Of a stretch of DNA of 64,000 bases, positions 38,615 to 50,717 are shown piece by piece. Position numbers and translations under genes: made by a program. The stretch's first letter is position 1. The number at the start of each line of letters is the position of its first letter. This DNA is from Octopus sinensis. Lineage: Eukaryota. The notes under the pieces are model-generated. The model saw only the letters and a list, made by a program, of their open reading frames with translations, was not told the DNA's origin and did not search any database. The stretch spans positions 19,220,001 through 19,284,000 of the forward strand of contig NC_043024.1 in the NCBI RefSeq assembly GCF_006345805.1, read 5' to 3'.

Positions 38615-39780
38615 TCTCCTCCATTTTGTTGTTGCTGCTGTTGTTGTTGTTGTTGTTGTTCTTCTTCTTCTTCTTCCTTCTCCTCCACCTCTTCATCCTT
38701 CATCTCCTACTCTGCCATCTTCCTTTTATTTCTTTTTCTTTGTCTTCTTCCCTTTCTTCTTCTTCTTCTTCTTCTTCTCCTCCCCTCCTCCTCTTCATTC
38801 TTCTCCTCCTCCTCCCCCTCCTCCTCCTCCTCCCCCTCTGCCATCTTCCTTTTATTTCTTTTTCTCTGTCTTCTTCCCCTTCTTCTTCTTCTTCTCCTTC
38901 TTCTTCACCTTCTTCTCCCCTCCTCTTCTTTCTTTTTGTCCTCCTCCTCCTTTTTCTTCCTCTTTCTTCTTCCTTGTTTTCCTCATCTCTCTTTCCTTCT
39001 TCCTCTACTTCTTCTTCACCTTCTTTTTCTACTTCTTATCCTCCTCTCCTGCCGCCTCTCCTCCTCCTCATTCTTCCTCTCCTCCTCCTCATTCTTCCTC
39101 TCCTCCTCCTCCTCCTCCTCCACTGCCATCTTCCTTTTATTTCATTTTCTTTGTTTTCTCCTTCTTCTTCTCTTCCCCTCCCTTCCTCTTCTTTCTCTTT
39201 GTCCTCCTCCTTTTTCTTCTTCCTCGTTTTCTTCATCTTCTCTCTTCTTCTCCTCTCTTCTTCATCTCCTCCTCCTCATTCTTTTTCATTTCCTCCTCCA
39301 CCCCCCCCCTCCACTTTTATTGCTTGGAAGCCAGGAGATGCAAAAAAAAAATGGCACTATGTCCAACAGTTTATTTAATATCGCAACAGCATCTCACAAG
39401 AGGTCGTTAATATTTCATTTCCTGCATTATCTCGCATTCAGCCAAGTTGAAAAGATGGCTGGAATATCTTGCCTTAGGCAAGATTAGAACCCAAGGTTCC
39501 ACAGTTCAAATCTTGAGAAACATTATGAAGCACGCCCACCACATACATCTATGTATGTAGGAATAGATGGGCACATAGATACGTATACGCATGTGTGTAG
39601 AATATATATATGTATATATATGTATCTATACGCACATATACATATATGCATAAATATGTACATGTATCATATATATATATATGCATGCATATGTGTGTGT
39701 GTGTGTGTACGATAAATACACATGCACATGCATATATATATATATATATATCTATACATAATAAGTGTGTGTATGATTTA

Positions 39781-39813
<33 letters not shown>

Positions 39814-39860
39814 GTGTGTATGTATATATATATATAATATATATATATATTATATATATA

Positions 39861-39892
<32 letters not shown>

Positions 39893-40185
39893 GTGTGTGT
39901 ATATATATATATATATAGTGTGTGTATATATAATATATATATATATATATACCTATATATAATAAGACTATATATGTGTGTGTGTGTATATATATATACA
40001 CCTATACATAATATGTGTGTGTGTATATATATATATATGTATATATATATAATACATAATTTGACTATATATATATATATGTGTATATATATATGTATGT
40101 ATATATAAGCATATATATGTATGTGTATATAATATATATATGTAGGCATATATATTTATGCAAACACACGCAAGCATGCATACCA
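38615..40185. repeat. CTT/CCT pyrimidine tract (38615-39310) and TA/TG tract (39545-40185)
   Basis: Direct reading; source of the 250-315-aa low-complexity ORFs. Confidence 0.95.
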
Positions 40186-40278
40186 TTCAAAATTTATTAA
40201 TGTGAATTGAATGAAATATTTTATTTTTCTTTAACTAACATGAAATAAACAAGAAAAAGGAAAGAAAGAAAGAAAGAA

Positions 40279-40840
40279 AAGATCCCTGCATCCTGAGAAA
40301 GAGAGGAAGAAAGAGTATTCTGTAAGCGTATGTAGAGATATGTTTATGATATGTTATAAACGATAGACCTGCATTTTGAAAAGAGGGACACAAAGGTATC
40401 CCCTGTATTGAGCAAACAGAAACTTAATTATAGAATGCTATAAAAAGACCCCTGCATTTTGAAGAGAGGATGCAAGAAAATTTCTGATATAACAGGAAAA
40501 AGAAACCTAATTATGAAATGTTATTAAAAGATCTTTGTGTTCTGAAAAGTGGGAACAAGAAAGTATTCCGCAAGATCAAGCAGAAACTTGATTATGAAAT
40601 GTTATAAAAAAAAAAAAGGGCTCCCTTATATTTGGAAAGGGAGTTAGAAAAGAAGAGTTGGATGTAAGAGCAAGTGGAAACATAATTATGAAAGGTTGTA
40701 AGGAGGTCAGTGTCATTTGAAAAGGGAGAAAATATTTGGTAGTTTGTAAGAGCAGGTAGTTATATGATTAAAAAAAATTCTTAAAAGGAATATTGCTATG
40801 CTTTGAAAGCGAGAAATAAAAGGAGTGTACAGAGAAGGAA
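40279..40840. repeat. Old diverged tandem repeat, ~7 units of ~82-88 bp
   Basis: AAAGACCCCTGCATTTTGAAAAG...GAAACTTAATTATGAAATGTTAT recurs near 40279, 40363, 40444, 40528, 40617, 40702, 40787. Confidence 0.65.
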
Positions 40841-41659
40841 TTGTAAAACGGTTTTTTTTGAGAAAAGAAGGACTTCTGTATTTCATTAAAAAATTATTAT
40901 TGCTTGTAGTTTTGCTATATTCAATAGGAATTGGAGCACAAATAATTCTTCGGTCTTTCAGGAAGATTTTTCTCTGAAAATGTCAAGTCAGTCATTGGTG
41001 ACTGTTCTGTCAATAATTAGCTATATTTAAAAACAGGGCAATTGCTCGTTTCATCCATTAGAAGCGAAAGGGGGGAAAAAAGGGAGAAAAATATGAATAA
41101 AAAATATTGGTTTTTAAAATCAACAAAATATCAAGAATTCAGTAGTTAAGTTATTCATAAAAAAGCAGAATAAAGTAAATAAATAAATAAATAAATGCAT
41201 TTTTTTTAAATGGGCCAAAACAAATATTGAATTTAATGCGAATTTAATAAAAAAAAAAAGGACCTTTAAAATTTGATTTAAAATCAGATCTTGATTTGAA
41301 TATTGATAAATTAGTAATCATCAGACAAGTTGGTGGAATGTTCGGAAAAAAAGGGGCTTCTATGCATTAGTAATCAGAAAGGAAATTATGGCAAGATAAA
41401 ACAGAGGCCACTGATGAGGGCATGGGTTCGAAACAACGTGACCTTAATAGTAACATTAATGTAGCTCTCTGGAAGAAATACATTATCTGCTCTGGTTGAA
41501 AGGGTGTATAAGGTGTATAAAGAGCTGTAATGGTGTATAATGGTTGTCACTCTTGTTTATTTCTGCAGAAATGTTTGCAATGCACTATGCCTGTGTGTAT
41601 AATATATACAAATATGTGATATGTGTGTTTGTATATAAATGTGCATATATATATATATA

Positions 41660-41935
41660 TATGTGGAGTCGTAGGATCGTGGTTTCGATTCCCAGACTGG
41701 GCGTTGTGAGTGTTTATAGAGCAAAAACACCTAAAAGCTCCACGAGGCTCCAGCAGGGGGTGGTGATCCCTGCTGTACTCTTTCACCACAACTTTCTCCC
41801 ACTCTTTCTTCTGTTGGCCTGCTCGCTTAGCCAGCGGGGTGGCATCATTCGAAGGCTAAAACAATGCAAACGCATTGTGACCAGCGATGTGTAACAACAT
41901 CTGATGGTCTGGTCGGTCATGTGATCATGTGATAT
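41660..41935 (+). mobile_element. SINE family D, tail type 1 (5'-truncated)
   Basis: Homologous to 44930-45240 and 44125-44370. Confidence 0.85.
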
Positions 41936-42422
41936 ATATATATATATATATATATATGCATACATGTTAAATATATGTATGTGCATATGTGTATATATAC
42001 ATGTGTTATATATATATGCACATGTGTGATACAGATAAGAGCATGTGTATATATTTATGTACATGTGTGATGTATATCTGCGCATATGTATAAATGTATT
42101 ATGTGTGTATATATGTGTGAGTGTGCATGTCTATATTTGTGCAAGTGTGTGTATATTTATGTACATGTCTGATGTATATATGTGCAAATGTATTGTGTGT
42201 ATATATGTGCATGTGTGTTTATTTATATATGTGTGAGTGTGCATGTCTATATCTGTGCAAGTGTGTGTATATTTATGTACGTGTGTGATGTATATATGTG
42301 CACGTGTACATGTGTTTTTTTCTTTATCCATTTTTCCATGTGGTAGGAGTTACATAAATATATTACTGAGTTGTTGCATTACAGCGAGATGCTCTTCCTG
42401 TCACAAACACTTAGCAGTTCCT

Positions 42423-42651
42423 TTAACTCTTTTAGCATTTAAACTGGCCATATCCAGCCAAGAGTATTCTGCCTGTTTTATGTTCAAACTGGCCAGATCT
42501 GGTCTCTCACACCAACCCTACAATATTGTTTTAAAATTAACAGTTACCTCATCAAAATCTCATAGCTACAAGATAATGCCAGATTAGTTCAAAACAATGT
42601 GGATAAAAAAGGATTAATTTTGGCAGAATAATGTGAACACTAAAGGGTTAA
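42423..42651. mobile_element. piggyBac-type MITE, second copy
   Basis: TTAA ends; closely similar to 20133-20361. Confidence 0.8.
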
Positions 42652-43107
42652 ATAAGGGTTTTCTTTAATGATTTGTTGACAGAATAAGTGACATAACCAC
42701 ATCACTTGTAGCTCACATATTTTCACAGATTCCAAGTGTAAACAAACACACAGTGACACAAAATTGCACTCATAAAAGCACCCACTATACTCTTGATATG
42801 GTTGGCGTTAGGAAGAGCATCCAGCTGTAGAAACTCTACCAGATCAGATTGGAGCCTGGTGCAGCCACTGGCTTTCTAGACCCCACCCAAACCGTCCAAC
42901 CCATGCCAGCATGAAAAACATACGTTAAAAGATGATGATGATGATGATGATGATACACACACACACATATATGCACATGCACACACACACACACACACAC
43001 ACACAGCTCCCTTCATATAGTTATATACATATGTATGTTATTATTAATTTAATGTATTAACTGCCTATAAGTTTTTATAGCATGCTTACTACTTGATAAA
43101 GATCATT

Positions 43108-43141
<34 letters not shown>

Positions 43142-43142
43142 T

Positions 43143-43638
43143 TATTTTACTTGTTTCAGTTATTTGACTGCGGCCATGCTGGAGCACCGCCTTTAATCGA
43201 GCAACTCGACCCCGGGACTTATTCTTTGTAAGCCCAGTACTTATTCTATCGGTCTCTTTTGCTGAACCGCTAAGTGACGGGGACATAAACACACCAGCAT
43301 CGGTTGTCAAGCAATGCTAGGGGGACAAACACAGACACACAAACATATACACACACATACATATACATACATATATACGTTGGGCTTCTTTCAGTTTCCG
43401 TCTACCAAATCCACTCACAAGGCTTTGGTCGGCCCGGGGCTATAGTAGAAGACACTTGCCCAAGGTGCCACGCAGTGGAACTGAACCCGGAACCATGTGG
43501 TTGGTTAGCAAGCTACTTACCACACAGCCCGAGGCTATAGTAGAAGACACTTGCCCAAGGTGCCACGCAGTGGGACTGAACCCGGAACCATGTGGTTGGT
43601 AAACAAGCTACTTACCACACAGCCACTCCTGCGCCTAT
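43143..43638 (-). mobile_element. SINE family A with a 95-bp tandem duplication of the head
   Basis: 43432-43529 repeated at 43527-43624. Confidence 0.9.
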
Positions 43639-43824
43639 ACATATATATATTGTCTGTAAAAACCATAAATCTGAAAGAACCTCACTCTAAGATACAGAGC
43701 TGTATATATTAGAAATAAACCCATACACCAGCCTTCCTCATTCCTCCATCTGGCTGTTTTTCTCTCGGCAAAACAAAGAGGTGCATTATGGAACTGTCAT
43801 TTTAACGAGATTTATTACTTATTT

Positions 43825-43930
43825 ATCACCCGACGAGATACATCCTCACTGCTGGATTCTCCTGAACCAGTTTTTTTGTGTGTCCCACAAGAGGAGTCGA
43901 TACTGGATATGTCAAAACAATTGTTGTGAT
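43825..43930 (+). ncRNA. Decayed type I hammerhead with long stem II
   Basis: Stem I ATCAC/GTGAT; core CCGACGA; stem II GATACATCC/GGATATGTC; GAAA mutated to AAAA; palindrome ACAATTGT; GUU triplet. Confidence 0.55.
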
Positions 43931-44399
43931 TAATAATATTGTCTCGGATATTCCATTTTCTGTCTTTTATCTCTTAGCGGTTCGGCAAAAGAGAACGATA
44001 GAATAAGTACTGGGCTTACAAAAGAATAAGTCCGGGGTCGATTTGCTCGACTAAAGGCGGTGCTCCAGCATGGCCGCAGTCGAATGACTGAAACAAGTAA
44101 AAGAGTAAAGAGTAAAAGAGTATATGGAGGCGCAATGGTCCAGTGGTTAGGGCAGTGGACTCGCGGTCGTAGGATTGTGGTTTCGATTACCAGACCGGGT
44201 GTTGTGAGCGTTTATTGAGTGAAATCACCTAAAAGCTCCACGAGGCTCCGGCAGGGGATTATGGCCATCCCAGCTGTACTCTTTTGCCACAACTTACTCT
44301 CACTCTTTCTTCTGTTGGCCTGCTTGCTTAGCCAGCAGGGTGGCATCAGTTGAAGGCTAAAACCAACAATATATATATACATACATATATATATATACA

Positions 44400-44720
44400 T
44401 ATAGGTAGTGGGTAGCGATTTTCTTTACTACTTCAGCGAGTGACGAACCTGCCTGACATGAGTCCCGGGCTCAGCTGGCTCCGGCTGACAGTACCCGGTA
44501 TAGGCTCCTATCTAGAGTTACAGAAAGGAGAAAACCTTCAAAGAAATCCGGAGTAGAGCCCCATAGGTGGTTTAATGTTCGACTCAACACTCTTCCGGCA
44601 GCTCCTGCAACCAAGCTGGTGCCAAACGTAGTGCTCTGCACTCCTTTGGACTACATCAGCAAGGTCGAGAGAGGAATCCTGGCGATTGGGGTACCCAGGA
44701 TTATCTTTCATCTAGCCCAG
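44400..44720 (+). mobile_element. Probable RTE-type LINE 5' region fragment
   Basis: GC-rich, contains GCAGCTCCTGCAACCAAGCTGGTGCCAAACGT, recalled from RTE 5' UTRs. Confidence 0.45.
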
Positions 44721-44929
44721 GCCTGTGCAAAACTGGAGGGGAAACTGAAGAGGACATGAAATGTAAAAACCAGGTTGGATTAGTTTATGTGCAACCCCAT
44801 CATTGTCTCCTGAGACAAAAGGATAACAACAACAGAGCGTCCAATAATACTATATTTGTTCCACGTCCTCGCGTTGTTGTGTTTTTTTTGTGCTTTCATG
44901 TTTGGATTAACTAACTATATATATATATG

Positions 44930-45240
44930 TGGAGGCGCAATGGCCTAGTGGTTAGGGCAGCGGACTCGCGGTCGTAGGATCGCGGTTTTGATTCCCAGAC
45001 CGGGCGTTGTGAGTGTTTATTGAGCGAAAACACCTAAAGCTTCACGAAGCTCCGGCAGGGGGGGGGGATCCCTGCTGTACTCTTTCGCCACAACTTTCTC
45101 TCACTCTTTCTTCTGTTGGCCTGCTCACTTAGCCGACAAGGTGGCATCATTTGAAGGCTAAAAAACAATGCGAAGCACATTGTGACCAGCGATGTGTAAC
45201 AACATCTGATGGCCTGGTCGGTCACGGTGATCACGGTGAT
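44930..45240 (+). mobile_element. SINE family D, full length, tail type 1 ending GTCACGGTGATCACGGTGA(TA)n
   Basis: GGAGGCGCAATGGCCTAGTGGTTAGGGCAGCGGACTCGCGGTCG tRNA-like head. Confidence 0.9.
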
Positions 45241-45414
45241 ATATATATATATATATATATATATAATGTGAAATAGAAAGATGCATAATCTTGTAGTAGA
45301 TTAATCAAAAGTTTAACCGATACCTTAGTAGCAAAAATCACAGCAGTAAACAGCACGGTTGGAGGTACAACCATATGGTGTTGCAACCGTGCGTTGGTGC
45401 GGATAATTGAAATT

Positions 45415-45780
45415 AAAACATTATTGGTGAATTGAAGAAATGGAGCTGAACGCAGATTGAACAGAAATCGTTTTATTTCATTCTACACATGTTTCGAAAG
45501 GCACAAATTACCAAAATCCGATTGAATAATGGGACCATATTGTGTCTTTCTCTTCTCGCCATGGGCTCTTAGGAGCATAGTTCGATTTGTTTTTGCTCCG
45601 CCTCTGTTCTGTTTTTGTTTTTCCAACGGATTTCCTATTTTCTTCCTGAAGAGAAAGACACAATATGGTCCCATTATTCCATCGGATTTTGGTAATTTGT
45701 GCCTTTCGAAACACGTGTAGAATGAAATAAAACGATTTCTGTTCAATCTGCGTTCAGCTCCATTTCTTCAATTCACCAAT

Positions 45781-45788
<8 letters not shown>
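45415..45788. mobile_element. Penelope-like foldback: 141-bp inverted arms, 92-nt spacer
   Basis: 45415-45555 vs 45648-45788, two mismatches; ends in (TA)n. Confidence 0.8.
45636..45729 (+). ncRNA. Intact type I hammerhead ribozyme motif
   Basis: Stem I TATTTTCTTC/GAATGAAATA; core CTGAAGA (45646-45652); stem II GAAAGACACAA/TTGTGCCTTTC; GAAA; palindrome ACACGTGT; GUA triplet (A17 = 45719). Confidence 0.8.
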
Positions 45789-45833
<45 letters not shown>

Positions 45834-46476
45834 TATATTTGTGTACACACACACACACATATACAAAACAACAGATGGATAATATATCAGTTCACTACAG
45901 CTGTTTCCAACGAATTTTTAATTAATTAATGGGAGACATTATGTTATTAGAGAAAAACATTTTCAGGTAAGTACATATGTATGTATATGTGTATGCGTGT
46001 GTGTGTGTGTGTGTGTGCGTGCGTGCACACAAACACATACACATGAAGGTTCATCTTAAAAGTTCTGAGGAAGCTTTAAGGCGATGCACAAGCACTCGGC
46101 TCTGAGCACCTTGTATCTTATAGCAGAAACAACTGCAAGCTACTGAATTTGATTATGTAATTCCTGTTCTATTTATTTATTTATTTAAGTTCATATTATG
46201 CTCTGAACCCGACTACTGCTTATTCTTTATTGCGGTGGTGGTGGTGGTGGTGGTGGTGGTGATGAAGATCACAACAACAATAATGACAATGGTGATGATG
46301 ATGATGATGATGATAACAATAGGAATTTATGTCTGCTAACACAAAAAAAAAAAGAAGTCCCACCAAGGTCAAAGTAAACAGAAGTTAATTCCCAGAAGAC
46401 TTTCTGTGTTTTCTTTGGTGTCTTCTTTCATTCCCATTAAATCAAATGCCGTCTTATTTAATTTGATTAATGAATG

Positions 46477-46513
<37 letters not shown>

Positions 46514-46584
46514 CCATCATCATCATCATTTAACATCCGTTTTACATGCTGGCATGGGTTTCGATGGGTTGACCAGAACGGCGA

Positions 46585-46815
46585 GCTAGCTGGCAGGAAC
46601 GTTAGCACGCCAGGCGAAATGCGTAGCCGTGTTTCGTCTGCCGCTACATTCTGAGTTCAAATCCCGCCGAGGTTGACTTTGCCTTTCATCCTTTCGGGGT
46701 CAATAAATTAAGTACCAGTTACGCACTGGGGGATGATATAATCGACTTAATCCATTTGTCTGTCCTTGTTTGTCCTCTCTGTGTTTAGCCCCTTGTGGTT
46801 AATAAAGAAATAGGT
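46585..46815 (+). mobile_element. SINE family B, single unit
   Basis: Homologous to 36335-36572. Confidence 0.85.
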
Positions 46816-47799
46816 TTGACTGGAACTGGTAAGCCAGAGAGCCGCACCAGGCTCCTATCTATAGCTTCATGCCCTTCCTAATGCCAACCACTCTACAGAG
46901 TGTACTGGGTGCCTTTTACATGTCACGAACATGGGTGTCCCTTATCTGTCACCGGCACAGGTGTCTTTTATATGTCCCTGGTACTGTCCATGGCTACAGT
47001 TTTACTTGGCCTAACATGTCTACTCAAGCACAAGAAATCACTAAAAGACTCCACCCTATGTCATCGCCTCTGTGATGCTCAACATCCGAAGATCATGCTT
47101 CACCACCTCATCCCATGTCTTCCGGGCTCAACTTCTTCCACAGATCCCCTCAGCAAATAGAACAACTTGAAGTGGTATCAAAAAGTTCCCAGACTAGTTC
47201 TATAGCATGCCAACAGATGGCAGCACAGTGTTGCTAGCGCAGTGAATGCCTATAATCACCATCATCACCATCATCATCTTCATCATTTTCATTTTCACCA
47301 TCATCATCAACATCATCTTTGTCATCATCATCGTCATCACCAACTTCATTAGCATCATTCTTACCTTTGTCACAATCACTGTCATCATCGTCATTGTCAT
47401 GATTGTCATCATCACCATTATCACCATCAGTGTCATCGTCTTCCCCCTCTTCTTCCTCCTCCTCACCATCATCAACATCATCGACTTCTCCATCATCATC
47501 ATCATCATCAAGTATTGTTCCTGTTGCATGCTGGGATGGGTTGGATAGTTTGACATGATCTCCTCAGCCCCAAAGGCTCCATTCATACCCCAGTGTACAG
47601 TGGACATGGTTTCTTTGGCTGCATGCCCTTTCCAATGCTAATCCCTTCAGTTGTGTGCGTCTGTGTGTGTGTATACATATGTGTGCATGTGCATGTCTTT
47701 GTGTTGCTGTTTGTCTCCCATCACTGCTTCACAACTGGTTTTAGTTTCTTTAAATCCCATGACATAGCAGTCCAGAAAAGGAGACTGACAGATTAAGCA

Positions 47800-48350
47800 G
47801 GCGAACTGGCAGAAACGTTAGCATGCTGGGTGAAATACTTAGCGGTATTTCATCTGCTGCTATGTTCTGAGTTCAAATTCCACCAAGGTCGACTTTGCCT
47901 TTCATCCTTTCAGGGGTCGATTAAGTAAGTACCAGTTACGCACTGGGGGTGATATAATCGACTTAATACCTTTGTCTGTCTTTGTTTGTCCTCTCAGTGT
48001 TTAGCTCCTTGTAGGTAGTAAAAAAATAGGTATTTTGTCTGCCGTTATGTTCTGAGTTCAAATTCCGCTGAGGTCAACTTTGCCTTTCATCCTTTCAGGG
48101 TCGATTAAATAAGTACCAGTTATGCACTGGGATCAATGTAATCGACTTAATCCGTTTGTCTGTCCTTGTTTGTTCTCTCTGTGTAGCCCCTTGGGGGTAG
48201 TAAAGAAATAGGTATTTCGTTTGTCTACGTTCCACCCAGGTTGACTTTGCCTTTCATCCTTTCGGGGTCGATTAAATAAGTACCAGTTACCATTTGTCTG
48301 TCCTTGTTTGTCCCCTCTGTGTAGCCCCTTGTGGACAGTAAAGAAATAAG
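47800..48350 (+). mobile_element. SINE family B, head + ~3 body units
   Basis: Repeated B-box/Meta-like units. Confidence 0.85.
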
Positions 48351-48957
48351 ATTAAGCACCACACTTGAAAAAGAAAAATATGTCTTGTGATCTATCTCTT
48401 CAACTAAAACCCTTCAAGCTGGTGCCCCAGAATGGCCACAGTCCAATGCCTGCTACAAACACAAGCTTGCTTCTTAAATACTATTCGCATTGTCTCAATA
48501 CTGAAAATATCTGCTGGCTTTCACACGTGGATTCCATCCATGAATTATAACTCTGTCTCATTGCTTGTATTTCCCAAGGGCAAGAAACATAGTAAAACTG
48601 TTATACGCCCTCTTGTTTGTTTTCCTAATAAATCTTAGATTTTTTCTGTCGGCATAGAAACAACAATAAATCAGAAACAATAGATACATCGAAGAAAAGA
48701 AAATGTTTGAGATATATTTTCTTTTTTTGCTTTATTTTCTTTTTTGCGTATTTTTGTGTATTTTTGTTACCGATTCCTGATATTAGGCTGCGACCATTCT
48801 GGAGCTCTGCTTTTAAGAGTCTTTGTTAATCAGAGGTTTAATAAAACACGACCAACACAGTTAGGTCTTCCTATAAGAAAGGAGCTGATTTTTAACAAAG
48901 ATACAAAGCTCTATTGTTGGAATGGAGAGAAAAACAAAAAAAAAAGATAAAACAAAC

Positions 48958-49683
48958 CATGCTACAGGCTAAACTTGAGAAAAGACTCGCATATTTTAAC
49001 TGTTCCACTTGCAGATTGTACCTGTGACGTTCAAGTCAGCTGGTTGGTGTGTTTACCTGAAAACCTTAACTCTTCCTGATTGTGTGTGTATATGCTGGTG
49101 TGTTTACGTTCCCGTCACTTAGCAGTTCGGCAAAAGAGACCGATAGAATAAGTACTAGGCTTACAAAGAATAAGTCCCGGGGTCGATTCGCTCAACTAAA
49201 GGCAGTGCTCCAGTATGGCCACAGTCAAATGACTGAAACAAGTAAAAGAGTAAAAGAGCATACTACAGGCTAAACTTGAGAAAAGACTTGCATATCTTTA
49301 CTGTGCCGCTTGCAAATTGTACCTGTGATGTTCAAGTCAGTTAGTTGGTGTGTTTACCTGAAAACCTTAACTCTTCCTGATTGTGTGTGTATATGCTGGT
49401 GTGTTTACGTTCCCGTCACTTAGCAGTTCGGCAAAAGAGACCGATAGAATAAGTACTAGGCTTACAAAGAATAAGTCCCGGGGTCGATTCGCTCAACTAA
49501 AGGCAGTGCTCCAGTATGGCCACAGTCAAATGACTGAAACAAGTAAAAGAGTAAAAGAGCATACTACAGGCTAAACTTGAGAAAAGACTTGCATATCTTT
49601 ACTGTGCCGCTTGCAAATTGTACCTGTGATGTTCAAGTCAGTTAGTTGGTGTGTTTACCTGAAAACCTTAACTCTTCCTGATT
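48958..49683. repeat. 301-bp tandem duplication (~2.4 copies) including a SINE A 3' half
   Basis: Units start at 48958, 49259, 49560; the SINE-derived parts are identical. Confidence 0.9.
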
Positions 49684-49719
49684 GGCACTTAGGCAATTTA
49701 CTCAGACAACCAATCTCAT

Positions 49720-50150
49720 CATCATCATCATCATCATTTAGCATCCGCTTTCCATGCAAGCATGGGTTGGACGGTTCAACTGGGGTCTGGGAAGCCAGAA
49801 GGCTGCACCAGGCTCCAGTCTGATCTGGCAGTGTTTCTACAGATGGATGCTCTCCTAACGCCAACCACTCCGTGAGTGTAGTGGGTGCTTTTTATGTGGG
49901 ACCGGCACAGCTGGCAGACGGGGCTGGCAAACGGCCATGGTCGGATGGTGCTTTTTATGTGCCACCGGCACGGGGGCCAGGCAAGGCTGGCAACGGCCAT
50001 GATCGGATGGTGCTTTTTACGAGCCACCGGCATGGGGGCCAGGCGAGGCTGGCAATGGCCACGATCGGATGGTGCTTTTTATGTGCCACCGGCATGGGGG
50101 CCAGGCAAGGCTGGCAACAGCCACGATCGGATGGTGCTTTTTATGTGGGA
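49720..50150 (-). mobile_element. SINE family C with ~4 VNTR units
   Basis: Reverse complement of family C. Confidence 0.85.
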
Positions 50151-50294
50151 ATTTATAATCTGGATATAAAACCTGGCGGTTTCAAAGCAACTGTTCATAA
50201 TTATCCTCATTTTCTTTAACTTTTGAAGAGATATTCCCATCATCAAGGCAGACAATTTCTTTGATGGTCCATCCTTTTTCTTCTCAGTCCCAAA

Positions 50295-50717
50295 TAGGCG
50301 CTGGAGTGGCTGTGTGGTAAGTAGCTTGCTAACCAACCACATGGTTCTGGGTTCAGTCCCACTGCGTGGCATCTTGGGCAAGTGTCTTCTGCTATAGCCC
50401 CGGGCCGACCAAAGCCTTGTGAGTGGATTTGGTAGACGGAAACTGAAAGAAGCCTGTCGTATATATGTATATATATATAAGTGTGTGTGTATATGTTTGT
50501 GTGTCTGTGTTTGTCCCCCTAGCATCGCTTGACAACCGATGCTGGTGTGTTTATGTCCCCGTCACTTAGCGGTTCGGCAAAAGAGACTGATAGAATAAGT
50601 ACTGGGCTTACAAAAAGAATAAGTCCCGGGGTCGAGTTGCTCGACTAAAGGCGGTGCTCCAGCATGGCCACAGTCAAATGACTGAAACAAGTAAAAGAGT
50701 AAAAGAGTAAAGAGTAA
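50295..50717 (+). mobile_element. SINE family A, full length
   Basis: TAGGCGCTGGAGTGGCTGTGTGG ... (TAAAAGAG)n. Confidence 0.9.

Noticed and set aside
46369-46460. AFDLMGMKEDTKENTESLLGI resembling a myosin motor segment
   Set aside because: Weak similarity, no splice sites, adjacent to a (CAT)n tail.
48500-48560. VIIHGW lipase-like motif on the minus strand
   Set aside because: In-frame stops on both sides, poor acceptor, too short to be meaningful.
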